DNA of 64,000 nucleotides from an uncultured Nitrospinota bacterium (GTDB taxonomy: Bacteria; Tectomicrobia; Entotheonellia; J063; CAVPRW01): assembly GCA_963707985.1 (NCBI GenBank), contig CAVPRW010000042.1:192001-256000 (forward strand). The letters run 5' to 3'. The position numbers and the translations under genes were made by a program. A model generated the notes under the pieces. That model was not told the origin of the DNA. It saw only the letters and a program-made list of their open reading frames with translations, and did not search any database. Of the stretch, positions 9,268 through 18,833 are shown piece after piece (within the stretch, counting starts at the first letter, position 1; every line of letters starts with the position of its first letter).

Positions 9268-11699
9268 ATGAAATCAAAAGGCATGCTCTTGATTATGGCT
9301 GTGTTAGTTTCAGGCTATATACAGTCTTCGTTAGCCAACGATAACAATAGCACTGGAACACAATGTTCTCCAGCCGAGAATGAAACGCTGGTGAAAGGCT
9401 TTTTTGAGTCATTTGTTAACGGTACTGCGAGAGAATATATTCAGAACAATTTCGATCCACAGATCGAATATACAGTCATCGGAACGGAGGCAAACATTTT
9501 TGGCATCGATCGGGAAGCTATCTTAACCCACAGTGGACTATATGATGGAATAGAAGGGGCGATTTATTTTTTACTTGATCTGGGGAATTATGAAAGGGAT
9601 ACGCTGGGCTTCACGCTTCATGAAGCTTTCTGTCGTGGAGATTCTTGTGTGGCATTCGGAAATTTCCTCTTCTTTTCCCCGACAGAGAGAGGAGGCTCAG
9701 GGGATAATCCAGAGACCGAATGGGCGAGTCAGATTACGATGCGTAACTGCAAATTCTTCCGATATCACTTCCTTGAAGATAGTTACCCACGGTTCGCTCA
9801 TTTGTCGTAACCCGTGATAATTTCAAGGGTTTTCGGGTTACCTGAAACTGTTTTTTTGAGGGTCGGTCCTCAATATTTTCAACACCTTAGAGCAAAAATG
9901 AGCGAACCGACGGTAGTTATGCTGTTGCCTCTGGCTATCGCGACAAATCTTCGGGAATCAATTGGCGCCGGGAGTCTGGTGGCGCGATCAGAGATATAAC
10001 AACAGGAACGAATGGCGATGACACTATAGACAAGAGCGGAAACAGCCATCAAAATTTTATTTTTGGTTACAAAGGCGATGATACCCTCGTCGGTGGTCCA
10101 AATGATGATACCCTTTACGGTGGCGAGGGGACTAATATCCTAACCGGCAATGGGGGCCGTGATTTATTTGCTATCGGTGAGGATCAGGGAACAGCGATCA
10201 TAACCGATTTTGTCCAGGGCGAAGACCTTCTCGGGCTAACTCGAGGGCTAACATTCTCGGAGCTCAGTTTTGGGCCCACTGGCGGTGATCTTGAAATAAC
10301 ACGGGCGGGAAAGCGCCTGGCCATCCTACATGGAGCAGCGGACCTCGCTCTCACTGCGGCTGATGTGACGACTTTTCCAAGTCTTCCCGCGACGGTAGAT
10401 GTTGGCGGGGGATTCTTGATTGAAGAAGATCCCTTTGGTCCCTCCCCCCAAAATCCCAGTTTTGACAAACAGGCCAATGAGGAGGCCGTTGACAGCTTTT
10501 TAAATGTTTTCAAGCGGGGTGGAGAGGCAAACACCCTCGTGGCAGATGATGCGCAAATAACCGTCGCCGGCACAGAGTCAAGGCTCTTTGGGGCCGAACG
10601 GCATGCGGTCCTGCCGCACACAGGATTATACACAGGAAAAGACGGCATTCAGAATTTTTTTGGCATCTTCAATAACGAGCGGGAATTGCTGAGCTTCGAG
10701 GTTGACGCAGTCTACGGCAGTGGGTTTTCCGTAGCTGCCTTCGGTAGCTATACGTATCGTTCTCCCAGCGAGAGAGGAGGCTCAGGAGATATCGTAGGAA
10801 CTCAGTGGGTAGCCCGTTTCTGGATGGTGAAAGGCGATGGTGACGAGACGCATGGTGGACATCCGTTGATCTATCGCGCCCATATATATGAGGATAGTGC
10901 CGCTGAGGCGGCGGCTTTCCGCCATAAATTTGTAGACAGCCCCACAGTCGACTGGACCAGAGGCTTTATTGGAAGGCCCGAGAACTATCTCACCGGCACC
11001 ATTGGTGATGATACAATCATGGGTAAGGGCTCACCCGCTAACTTGCGCAATCGGCTTTTTGGCTATGCCGGAAATGACACCCTCATCGGCAGTGACGAGG
11101 ATGACTTCCTCTACGGTGGTGCGGGCGATGACCTCTTGATCGGCGGCAAAGGCCATGATGATCTGTACGGTGGCCAGGGCAACGATATTCTTATAGGCGG
11201 CGAAGGCGACGACAATCTCTATGGGAATGAAGGTGATGACATCCTCATTGGCGGTCTAGGGAAAGACATATTCATCTTGGGAAAAGGTCATGGAAGCGAT
11301 ACGATCCTGGACTATACAGATGGTGAAGACAAGCTCGGGTTGCTAGGGGACTCGACCTTCGCGGATCTGGTCATTACGCAAGAGGGCAACGATGTTACCA
11401 TCACAATTGCCGAGACAGGAGAGCTGCTCGCCACCCTTATCGGAGCCAACGCCAGTGATATCACTGCGGATGATTTTACCAAACGCACCGATTCGGGAGC
11501 AGAGATCAATCCTTGTAGGGATCTGCTCGACGAGCAGTTTGAGCCCTATGGGTTTAATGACCCCGATTATCCGGTCTGTGATCACCGTTTGACGGACATC
11601 CCACCGATGGATGAAGAGGGTGCCCCCACTGTAGCCGAGAAGGGTAGTCTGAGCGGCATGCTGTCGGCTGCCAGAGCCTTGGCCGTAAGGGGGAGCTAG
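9268..11699 (+). pseudogene. Secreted 2x(NTF2/SnoaL-like + RTX Ca-binding repeats) protein interrupted by a MITE (~765 aa if restored)
   Basis: Signal peptide; removing 9786..9919 (134 nt) joins ORF 9223..9810 in frame with 10365..11699; internal duplication (HSGLYDG/HTGLYTG, SPTERGGSGD/SPSERGGSGD, EDSYAVA/EDSAAEA); GGxGxD nonapeptides. Confidence 0.88.
9786..9913. mobile_element. 128-bp MITE / internally deleted IS
   Basis: Left end cccacggttcgctcattt vs reverse complement of right end ccgtcggttcgctcattt (16/18); TAGTTA duplicated at 9780..9785 and 9914..9919. Confidence 0.92.
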
Positions 11700-11829
11700 A
11701 CGCTGCTTGCCATCAACTCGTGGCTTATAAGAACAGAGTGAACGAGCAGCTCACGGATCCGCAGCGACTCGACTCCGCCTCCGCCAGTGAGTTGGTCGGG
11801 GCGGCCCAATTATTCATGACCTCCTTTGG

Positions 11830-12150
11830 CTGCCCGTAGGGAATGAGGAGGTCGCCTCACAAGCGCAATGGCCGAGCGGGCACGGATCGGCATCCGCTTG
11901 CAGAAGGGGCTCGAAGACATCAACACCAAACTAGCGACTGTCGCCAGCGACATGGCGGGTGTTTCGGCCTGGGCGATGCTCGAGGCCCTTGGGGTGGGCG
12001 AGCGCAACGCTGCCGTCCTGGTGCAATGAGCGCAGGGGCGGCTACGCACGCAGCGCGAGTGATTTGGGCAGGCGTTAATTGGGGGATTGCACATGCACCA
12101 CACTTTCCTGATGACTGGGCATCTGAGCCACATCACCCCAGAATGTCTTG
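11830..12150 (+). mobile_element. IS110-family transposase internal remnant
   Basis: RIGIRLQKGLEDINTKLATVASDMAGVSAWAMLEAL resembles the IS110 RIQKVLEDANIKLASVASDIFGVSGRAML segment. Confidence 0.68.
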
Positions 12151-12302
12151 ACGAGACTGCTATACCATAGGGACAGCTTCGGGGAGGACATCGAAGTCAG
12201 GAATAAAACAGGCTATTTCCCCTGGTGTTGCGCCCCGAGGATCATTGCCTTCAGTCGGGGCCGTGTCGCAAGGAACGCCCGGTGAATGAGAGGAGGTGGC
12301 AC

Positions 12303-12593
12303 ATGGCTGCGTATGTAATTGGACATTTGGAGATGCGGGATCCGTCGTGGCTGGCGGAATATGGACCGAAGACCGCAGCATTGGTGGAGAAACATGGTGG
12401 CAAGTTTCTGATCAGGGGCGGGGCCATGGAGATGTTAGAAGGCAAGGGCAAGCTCCCGAGCGTCATCGTCGTCTTGGAGTTTCCCTCCTTGGATCATGCC
12501 AAGTCCTGGTACAACGACCCCGAATACGCGCCGCTGATCACGCTGCGTCGAACCGGCTCTGACTTGGAATTAGTGCTGGTGCAGGGGGTCTGA
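12303..12593 (+). CDS. DUF1330 family protein
   Basis: MAAYVIG...HGGKFLIRGG...VVLEFPSLDHAKSWYNDPEY; SD GGAGG before ATG 12303. Confidence 0.9.
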   Translation: MAAYVIGHLEMRDPSWLAEYGPKTAALVEKHGGKFLIRGGAMEMLEGKGKLPSVIVVLEFPSLDHAKSWYNDPEYAPLITLRRTGSDLELVLVQGV

Positions 12594-12629
12594 ATCGAAC
12601 CACAGGAGCAACTGTGGTTGTTGTCAAGC

Positions 12630-12870
12630 ACAGCGGATGGACACGCGAGGCGAGCATGGTTTTCCCCCACCTGCGCACTGAGCCGCACGTCGAGCGACGG
12701 CTTGACCAGCACCTAGGGCCCGGAGGAGTCATGGCCGTCGACTTCAACATGGTCATCAATAGTGACCCGGGCCTGTTTCGACTCGGCATCTGCAGACGGT
12801 TGGAGCGGGAGAGGCCGGAGGGCCGGGCACTCGAGCGCTGCAAACAGCGCTTGGCGTGAGCCCGGCGTCG
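12630..12870 (-). mobile_element. IS21-family IstA transposase remnant
   Basis: SRQALFAALECPALRPLPLQP...ARVTIDDHVEVDGH...LVKPSLDVRLSAQ matches the IstA C-terminal region. Confidence 0.75.
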
Positions 12871-13139
12871 ACTGCTGCCAAGGCTCTGGGCAATTTTGCG
12901 GTCGATCCGCCCCTGGCCCCATGTCAGACGCAGTCCTGCAGTGACGTGACGCCTGGGTCACCTCGGTGCAGGCATCTGCTCCTCCCGCCTGGTCTGAGCA
13001 AGGTGCAGCTGACCGATGGGTTCGCCCGGCGTCGCCGTCGGCTGTCTCCCCCGTGCCGTGGTGGCAGGGTTTCGCTGGAATCAGTGGCAGCGTTCGCCCG
13101 GCATGGAGGGCAAGTTTGCCGTGGAATACGCAGTTAGCC

Positions 13140-13914
13140 GCGCGGCCAGGCCTGTTGCAGCGCTCCAACATCAAACTGGCGGTTGCCACTAACGTTTTGG
13201 GGGTGTCCGGATGGGTAATGCTGGCTTCGATGATCGATGGGCGGGTAGACCCAGCCATGATGGCCGAGTTGGCCAAAGGGCAGCTGCGAGTATGATTCCC
13301 CTACTGGAGCAAGCATTGACCGGGCTCTGGCGTAAACATTGCCGCCCTTGCTGACGATCCGACTGGCCCATATCGACTTTCTGGACAAGCGGGTTGACGC
13401 CCTGTGGCCGAGATGACCAGTACCCCAATGGACCTGAGTGAGGGCGAGCCTCCTGCCGCGAGGGCCGACTCCTCCCAGCCAGCTGCGGTTTTCACGGCCC
13501 CGGCGCTGTCACAGACGTCGCTGACCTTTGCGCGTGCCGTCAGTATGCTGGATACCATTCCAGGAGTCGACCAGCAGGGGATGGAACTGTTGGTGGCAGA
13601 GTGGGGCTCGGACAGAGGGCGCTTTGGCACCGCGGGCCGATCTGACGCCATTGACCCACGACGCTGTGCGCACCAAGGGGACTATCTTGTCGGCCTTGTA
13701 TCACCGCGTGGCCGCCCACCTGGGGAAGAAGAGGGCGATTTTGGCGGTAGTGCACACCACGGTGGTCAGTGTTTTCCATCTGCTCTCCATGTACGGCCCG
13801 TATCGCGAGTGGGAACCTAACTATGTTGACCACCGTGGGTGCAATCAGCTCGTCGACCAGTTGGCGCGGCGCATTGCGCGCCAGGGGGGTATCGTGTACG
13901 CGGTCAACCGATGA
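13140..13914 (+). mobile_element. IS110-family transposase remnant (frameshifted)
   Basis: NIKLAVATNVLGVSG...DPAMMAELAKGQLR; LDTIPGVDQ...VAEWG.D..RF; KGTILSALYHRVAAHLGKKRAILAV. Confidence 0.82.
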
Positions 13915-13963
13915 CTGCTGTCTAGGCTCCTCATATCTAGGACAGTCAAATTGGAGAGGTCTG

Positions 13964-14929
13964 CTAAAAATTGTATATTAATCTGGTTGAAAGGCGGAAT
14001 CCCTCGGGGCGATTTTCGGCTGCGAACTCCCAAAAAGAATTGACCATGAAGGTAACGGGCCCTTTATTATAGACCATCCCCGGCCCAAGGCCGATCACAC
14101 GCTCCTTACTGTTTTCGATGTCACGGCCTTTGAGCTTATTGTCGGTGATCTGCTGGAGGGCATAGCCGTTTATTCCGACCCGGAATCCATACGGCAAGCC
14201 GTAGGATGCTGCATAATTCACGTAGTAGATTTGGCCGGGCTGGAGGTGGGTGTCGGGGTTCTCGGTGCAGTAACGCCACTGGTGGCGGAGACTGATCTCT
14301 AAGTCCAAGTAGGGCAGAAACCAGAGGGTCTGGGCGTAGTATGGCGCGAAGCTCCAGAGGTTGTCGCCCGGATTGAATATGAAGCGTTCGTCGAAGTCTC
14401 CGGTGGGAGCAGTGATATGCACCTCAAAACGCTGGTAATAGGGCATTCCAAAGAGTGTGCTATCATTCCACTGAAACACCGGCGAGAAAATAAAATCTCC
14501 CAGGCCGCCCGTATTTGAATCGGAGTTGAATGGGGTGCTGACACTGCCCGCCACCACAGGGACGATGACGTCGAGACCAAGCTGGGCCCCTGTTAGAGGC
14601 TCATTGAGCTTGGGGAGGAAGTAGAACTGATGCGTGTTCACCAGGAGACTTACCCGATTCCGCCCGGGGAGGTCGTTGCCGTTAGCATCCGTAAACGTCG
14701 AGGCATCCCAATACTGTACAACCTCGGACAAGATGATCGCCGGTCCTACGTATCCCTTCGGTGGCGCCCCCGCATCGGCAAAGCTCGTGAACCCCAAGTT
14801 CATCCCCGGCTGATTGTATGCTGAGGCACCCGATGGAACAAGTATCATAGCGAATATGCTCACAACCGCGACAAGATACCTCGCCTTTCCTGTCAGAAAC
14901 TCTTGCACAGCAGCTAGGATAGTTCTCAT
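13964..14929 (-). CDS. SphA/phenol-degradation MetA-type outer-membrane beta-barrel
   Basis: Signal peptide, NLGFTSF.D, GLGDF, APTG.FD, GY.LQQITD, IGLGPG, ENRPEG, C-terminal Phe. Confidence 0.85.
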   Translation of the reverse strand: MRTILAAVQEFLTGKARYLVAVVSIFAMILVPSGASAYNQPGMNLGFTSFADAGAPPKGYVGPAIILSEVVQYWDASTFTDANGNDLPGRNRVSLLVNTHQFYFLPKLNEPLTGAQLGLDVIVPVVAGSVSTPFNSDSNTGGLGDFIFSPVFQWNDSTLFGMPYYQRFEVHITAPTGDFDERFIFNPGDNLWSFAPYYAQTLWFLPYLDLEISLRHQWRYCTENPDTHLQPGQIYYVNYAASYGLPYGFRVGINGYALQQITDNKLKGRDIENSKERVIGLGPGMVYNKGPVTFMVNSFWEFAAENRPEGFRLSTRLIYNF

Positions 14930-15354
14930 ATCTTTTCTCCACGCGGATGATAGATCGGTCAGCTGGATTGCTTGGTCGGAAGACGTGGGTCAGAATTGCG
15001 CCCTCGTAAGAAGCTGGTGGCGAATTGCGGCAGCAGCACGTTGTAGGCCGGTCAACACGGCGCATCGAGCGAGTGGGGTATCGCGCGGGCCTGGAGCCAG
15101 TGTCTGCTACGCAACCAAGTATTTTCACCATAGTCATAGAGAGCGGGGCAATCGTCCCGAACTCGGGATCGATTCCCCGAGGATGACGAGCTATCCGAGG
15201 TTTAAGGAGATCTCGTCATCGTTTTCTTCAGCCGAACCACGAGCGGATGGACCGATGGCGATACCCACCGCGGCCCCAAGCATGATCGAAGATAGTCTGA
15301 GCCTGGGTGTGAGGGCCAGCAAGAGCGACACCATGAAGGCAACGGCGTCTACAG

Positions 15355-15783
15355 CTACTCAAGGGGCGGTGGGTGATCCTCATCCACGTAGCCCTGACTG
15401 ACTTCCACAATATTCCCCTCTGGGTCACTCATCCACACCGTCTGCCAGCCGGGAATAAAATCATCAAAGCGCAGCGGCCCCAACGTGATCCTGGCCTCGT
15501 CGCCCATTTCCTGAAGCTTGGCCACGACATCGTCTACTTGAAACGACAGGTGCCGCCAGCCGGGATATTCCGGCCCGGCGCCGCCGGCCGGGGGCACGGG
15601 CGATTCGCCCTTCGCCTGAAACAGTTCCAGGCACACGCCGCCTGACTTGATGAAGACGACCTGCTCGGCGCCCAAGGAGACGACCCGCGCCCGCCTGAAG
15701 CCGAAATGCCTGCTGTAGAACCGCTCTACGGCAAGGGGGTCCTTGCAGGACAAGCCAATGTGGGCAAACTCTAGGGAAGCCAT
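15355..15783 (-). CDS. VOC/glyoxalase family protein
   Basis: AHIGLSC..FY..HFGF, LELF, GWRHLSFQVDD, DPEGNIVEV (H/E/H/E metal ligands). Confidence 0.92.
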   Translation of the reverse strand: MASLEFAHIGLSCKDPLAVERFYSRHFGFRRARVVSLGAEQVVFIKSGGVCLELFQAKGESPVPPAGGAGPEYPGWRHLSFQVDDVVAKLQEMGDEARITLGPLRFDDFIPGWQTVWMSDPEGNIVEVSQGYVDEDHPPPLE

Positions 15784-15799
15784 CGCTCATTCTCCTAAG

Positions 15800-16369
15800 T
15801 CATTGTTCGGTCAACAGCTCGATGATCCTGCGCGCCAAGAGGTGACAATGGGCTCCTGTGCGCGCGGTTACAAGGTCGTCGTCAACGACGACGTCTTCAT
15901 CGGTGTAGATAGCGCCCATATTCTTTACGTCGCCGAGCAGGTTGTTATGGGCCACCACCCGCCTGCCGCGCACCAGTTCCGGCGTCGGAGCCACGAGCCA
16001 CAGACCGTGACAGATGATGCCCTTCAGGATGCTCTTCTCCGCGAAAGCCCGCTGGAGAAACACGCTAGCCGGCGGAAGTTTATTGATATCCTCAGTGTAT
16101 CTAAGGCGGTCAGACACGATCGCCGACGGCACGATGATGGCCGCATAGCTCCTTAGGGTCGCATCATCCATGTTCTCAAAGCTTTCATGGCATTCAAACG
16201 GCACCTTATACTCGTGCCCGTAGAAAGTCAAGGATGGCTGGTCCCATAGTCGGGTTAGGAAATGCAATTCCACACCTTCTTCGGGAAACCGATGCTCGTA
16301 GTAAAAGATCTCCTTTTCATAGAAGTCGCTTTCGATCAGGATTGCCATCTTTTTCCCTTGAAGTTTCAT
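15800..16369 (-). CDS. DJ-1/PfpI family protein
   Basis: FYEKE, GIICHG nucleophile elbow, VVVDDDLVTAR. Confidence 0.9.
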   Translation of the reverse strand: MKLQGKKMAILIESDFYEKEIFYYEHRFPEEGVELHFLTRLWDQPSLTFYGHEYKVPFECHESFENMDDATLRSYAAIIVPSAIVSDRLRYTEDINKLPPASVFLQRAFAEKSILKGIICHGLWLVAPTPELVRGRRVVAHNNLLGDVKNMGAIYTDEDVVVDDDLVTARTGAHCHLLARRIIELLTEQ

Positions 16370-16476
16370 TCACCCCTCCCCGTCTCTATCCCATGTTAGA
16401 CCTTTCCTAGACGGCACAACACGCCCGGCACGAAGAGCGGGTCAGAGCGGGCATGCACAAACCCTTTGACCTTGAT

Positions 16477-17307
16477 TCAAGCATAAGACCCATCGGGGTA
16501 ACGAATCACCCCAGCATAGTGGACAGCGATTTTACCAGCGATGAGCACCCAGCTGTCGTAGAAGCTCATAGCGACAGTCGAATCGTCCATGGTGGTCACG
16601 TCAACGCTCTCTACGATCATCAGGGCATTTTCGGTCTCTGCCCATTGGTCGATCTTGGATGTTAGACTTTTCAGCCCCATAAAATTCCCGCTGAAGAAGT
16701 CCCGCAATTCGCTATGTCCCCTGACATAGCGGGGTTTGCGACCCTCGGTCAAGGTGCCAATGAGCAGGGCATCTGGGGCATATTGGTTGAGGATGCCATC
16801 GACATTTTTGGCTTTGATGAAACCGATATGTTCCTTGTAAAGCCTCCCCAGCATGGTATCGGGCGGCTCGCTTTTCCGCGGTGCGGCACCCTCGGGGAAG
16901 CCGGTTCCATCTGCATACGTACCATCCGGGTAGCGCACAGTGCCCGCGAAGTGAATGGCGATTTTGCCATCCTTGAGATACCAGTTATCGCAGAATTCCA
17001 TCGAACCGGTCGAGCCATCAGTACCGGTTATTTTGATCTCTTCGACAAGCATGAGAGTGTTTTCGGTCTCTGCCCACTGGTTGATGTCGATCTCAAGATC
17101 TTGTAGGCGAAAGATGCGACTCCGGAAGAACTCCTCGAGTTCCTTGTGGCCGCGTACATAGAGAGGCTGTCGATCATCGGTCAGCGAACTGATGAGGATA
17201 CAATCCTGGGTATACTGATTGAGCAAACCATCGACATTTTTGGCCAGAATAAAACCGATATGCTGCTGGTAAAGCCTCCCGAGCGGTGAATCTGGTGGTT
17301 TTCCCAT
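16477..17307 (-). CDS. Tandem NTF2/SnoaL-like domain protein (two internal repeats)
   Basis: Two repeats of PPD..LGRLY..HIGFI.AKNVDG.LNQY...YVRGH.EL..FF...DGKIA.H.AG..RYPDG.YA. Confidence 0.8.
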   Translation of the reverse strand: MGKPPDSPLGRLYQQHIGFILAKNVDGLLNQYTQDCILISSLTDDRQPLYVRGHKELEEFFRSRIFRLQDLEIDINQWAETENTLMLVEEIKITGTDGSTGSMEFCDNWYLKDGKIAIHFAGTVRYPDGTYADGTGFPEGAAPRKSEPPDTMLGRLYKEHIGFIKAKNVDGILNQYAPDALLIGTLTEGRKPRYVRGHSELRDFFSGNFMGLKSLTSKIDQWAETENALMIVESVDVTTMDDSTVAMSFYDSWVLIAGKIAVHYAGVIRYPDGSYA

Positions 17308-17407
17308 GATTAGCCTCCGTCATCGCAATGCTCAACATGGGGCGATGATCATCCCGTCCTCAATGCTGTCATGACGTGACATGTCACATCTGGACTTGCT
17401 CTGTAGG

Positions 17408-17776
17408 CTAGCCTATCTTGTGTGCAAAACTAAAGTGGTAGGCAATCATCTTCTCCCTCATAGACCAGGCATCCCCTACCACCCATTTACCAGTATTAGA
17501 GGTAAAGATAGCCTGGAAGGAAATGGCGTCTGCTGTCTCCGCAAAATCATAGAGTGACTCGACATTGATCGCACCTTGCCACCCAACGTATGTGTGAAAA
17601 AACGCTTTTAAGGCTTCACGACCTCGAATAATATGCGGCGGAGGAGTAGCCAAGATATCGAAGGGACTGATGAGAACGGCGTCCTCCCGATATTGCTTGT
17701 CGATCATACCATCGATATTCCCAGCATAGATATATGCCATATGTTCGTCGAAAAATTGGCGTCCAGGTGTAGCCAT
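17408..17776 (-). CDS. NTF2/SnoaL-like protein
   Basis: MATPGRQFFDEH...NIDGMI..QY..DAVLIS...RGREALK.FF, homologous to the repeats of 16477..17307; SD GGAGG. Confidence 0.8.
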   Translation of the reverse strand: MATPGRQFFDEHMAYIYAGNIDGMIDKQYREDAVLISPFDILATPPPHIIRGREALKAFFHTYVGWQGAINVESLYDFAETADAISFQAIFTSNTGKWVVGDAWSMREKMIAYHFSFAHKIG

Positions 17777-17877
17777 AATGCCATTCCTCCTTTGAAAGGT
17801 GACGGGTGGGCTGATGGCGTGGGATAGTATGCCGTTGTTTGACATCCGACTACCAGCTTTGCCCTTGCAATCAGTGT

Positions 17878-18756
17878 TTACTGAGGCCCCGCCCGCTCGA
17901 ACGCGCGTGTGATCGCTCGGGCGATCAGCACTTGCGTCAGGTGAGCTCGATACTCGGCCGAGGCATGTAGGTCAGCCGTGAAGCTCAGCTCCTCGTCACG
18001 CACGCGCTTGGCCGCCGCCGCAATATTGCCTGCTGTGGGCTCGTGGCCCTCCATGGCGGCCTCGACCGCCCGCAGCCGCGCTGCCTGGCTGGCCGCGCCA
18101 GTCACAGCCACACGGCATTGTCGAACGAGGCCATTAGCGAGCGGCCTCACTGTCGCGGCGATACCGCAGATAGCATAGCCGCTGGCAGGGTGCTTGAACT
18201 TTTCGTAGGCACTGCCAGTGCCGGCCACATGGGTGGGAAAGTCAATCGAGGTGATAATCTCCCCCGTAGCGAGGCTTGTTTGAAATGGTCCTCTGATCAA
18301 GTCCTCGGCTGGTATCCCCCGAGGGCCCTCGGGCCCGACGGTGTTGATCGTCCCCTCAAATGCCAGGACGACCGCTGGCAGGTCGGCCGCCGGGTCATTG
18401 TCAGCAAGGCTACCACCGATCGTGCTGCAGTTACGAACCTGTGGATCGCCAATGCTTAAGGCAGCTTCGGCCAAGGCATGATAGTTCCTCTTGAGCTCCT
18501 CGGAAGCGGCGAGCTCAGCGCAAGTCGTCATCGCACCGACACGCAGGACACTATCGGTTTGTCGGCGGCCAATCCCGCGCAAGGCGTGGAGGTTGCGCAG
18601 GTCTACCAGTAGGGAAGGTGCCAGGCGATGGAGCTTTATCTTGGGCATCAGGCCGTGCCCACCCGCCAAAATACTGGCGCCCACATGCTGGCTAAGCAGG
18701 CTCACTGCCTCTTCCAGGCTATCAGGGGCAACATAATCAAAGTGAACCGGCATCAT
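17878..18756 (-). CDS. Mo-hydroxylase FAD-binding medium subunit (CoxM/XDH-type)
   Basis: FDYVAP.SLEEA, LAGGH.L, QVRN..TIGGSL...DPAAD, DLHASAEYRAHL. Confidence 0.93.
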   Translation of the reverse strand: MMPVHFDYVAPDSLEEAVSLLSQHVGASILAGGHGLMPKIKLHRLAPSLLVDLRNLHALRGIGRRQTDSVLRVGAMTTCAELAASEELKRNYHALAEAALSIGDPQVRNCSTIGGSLADNDPAADLPAVVLAFEGTINTVGPEGPRGIPAEDLIRGPFQTSLATGEIITSIDFPTHVAGTGSAYEKFKHPASGYAICGIAATVRPLANGLVRQCRVAVTGAASQAARLRAVEAAMEGHEPTAGNIAAAAKRVRDEELSFTADLHASAEYRAHLTQVLIARAITRAFERAGPQ

Positions 18757-18833
18757 AATAGCTTAATCCCCTCTGCGGCCGATAAGATTGACTAGGGACG
18801 ATCGACGCATTATACACATCCTTAACGCTTGTT

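Noticed and set aside
11080..11270. 27-nt periodicity
   Set aside because: Fully explained by RTX nonapeptide coding repeats.
15100..15345. Possible decayed second SphA-like gene start (signal-like stretch then ISLNLG*)
   Set aside because: Similarity is too short to support.
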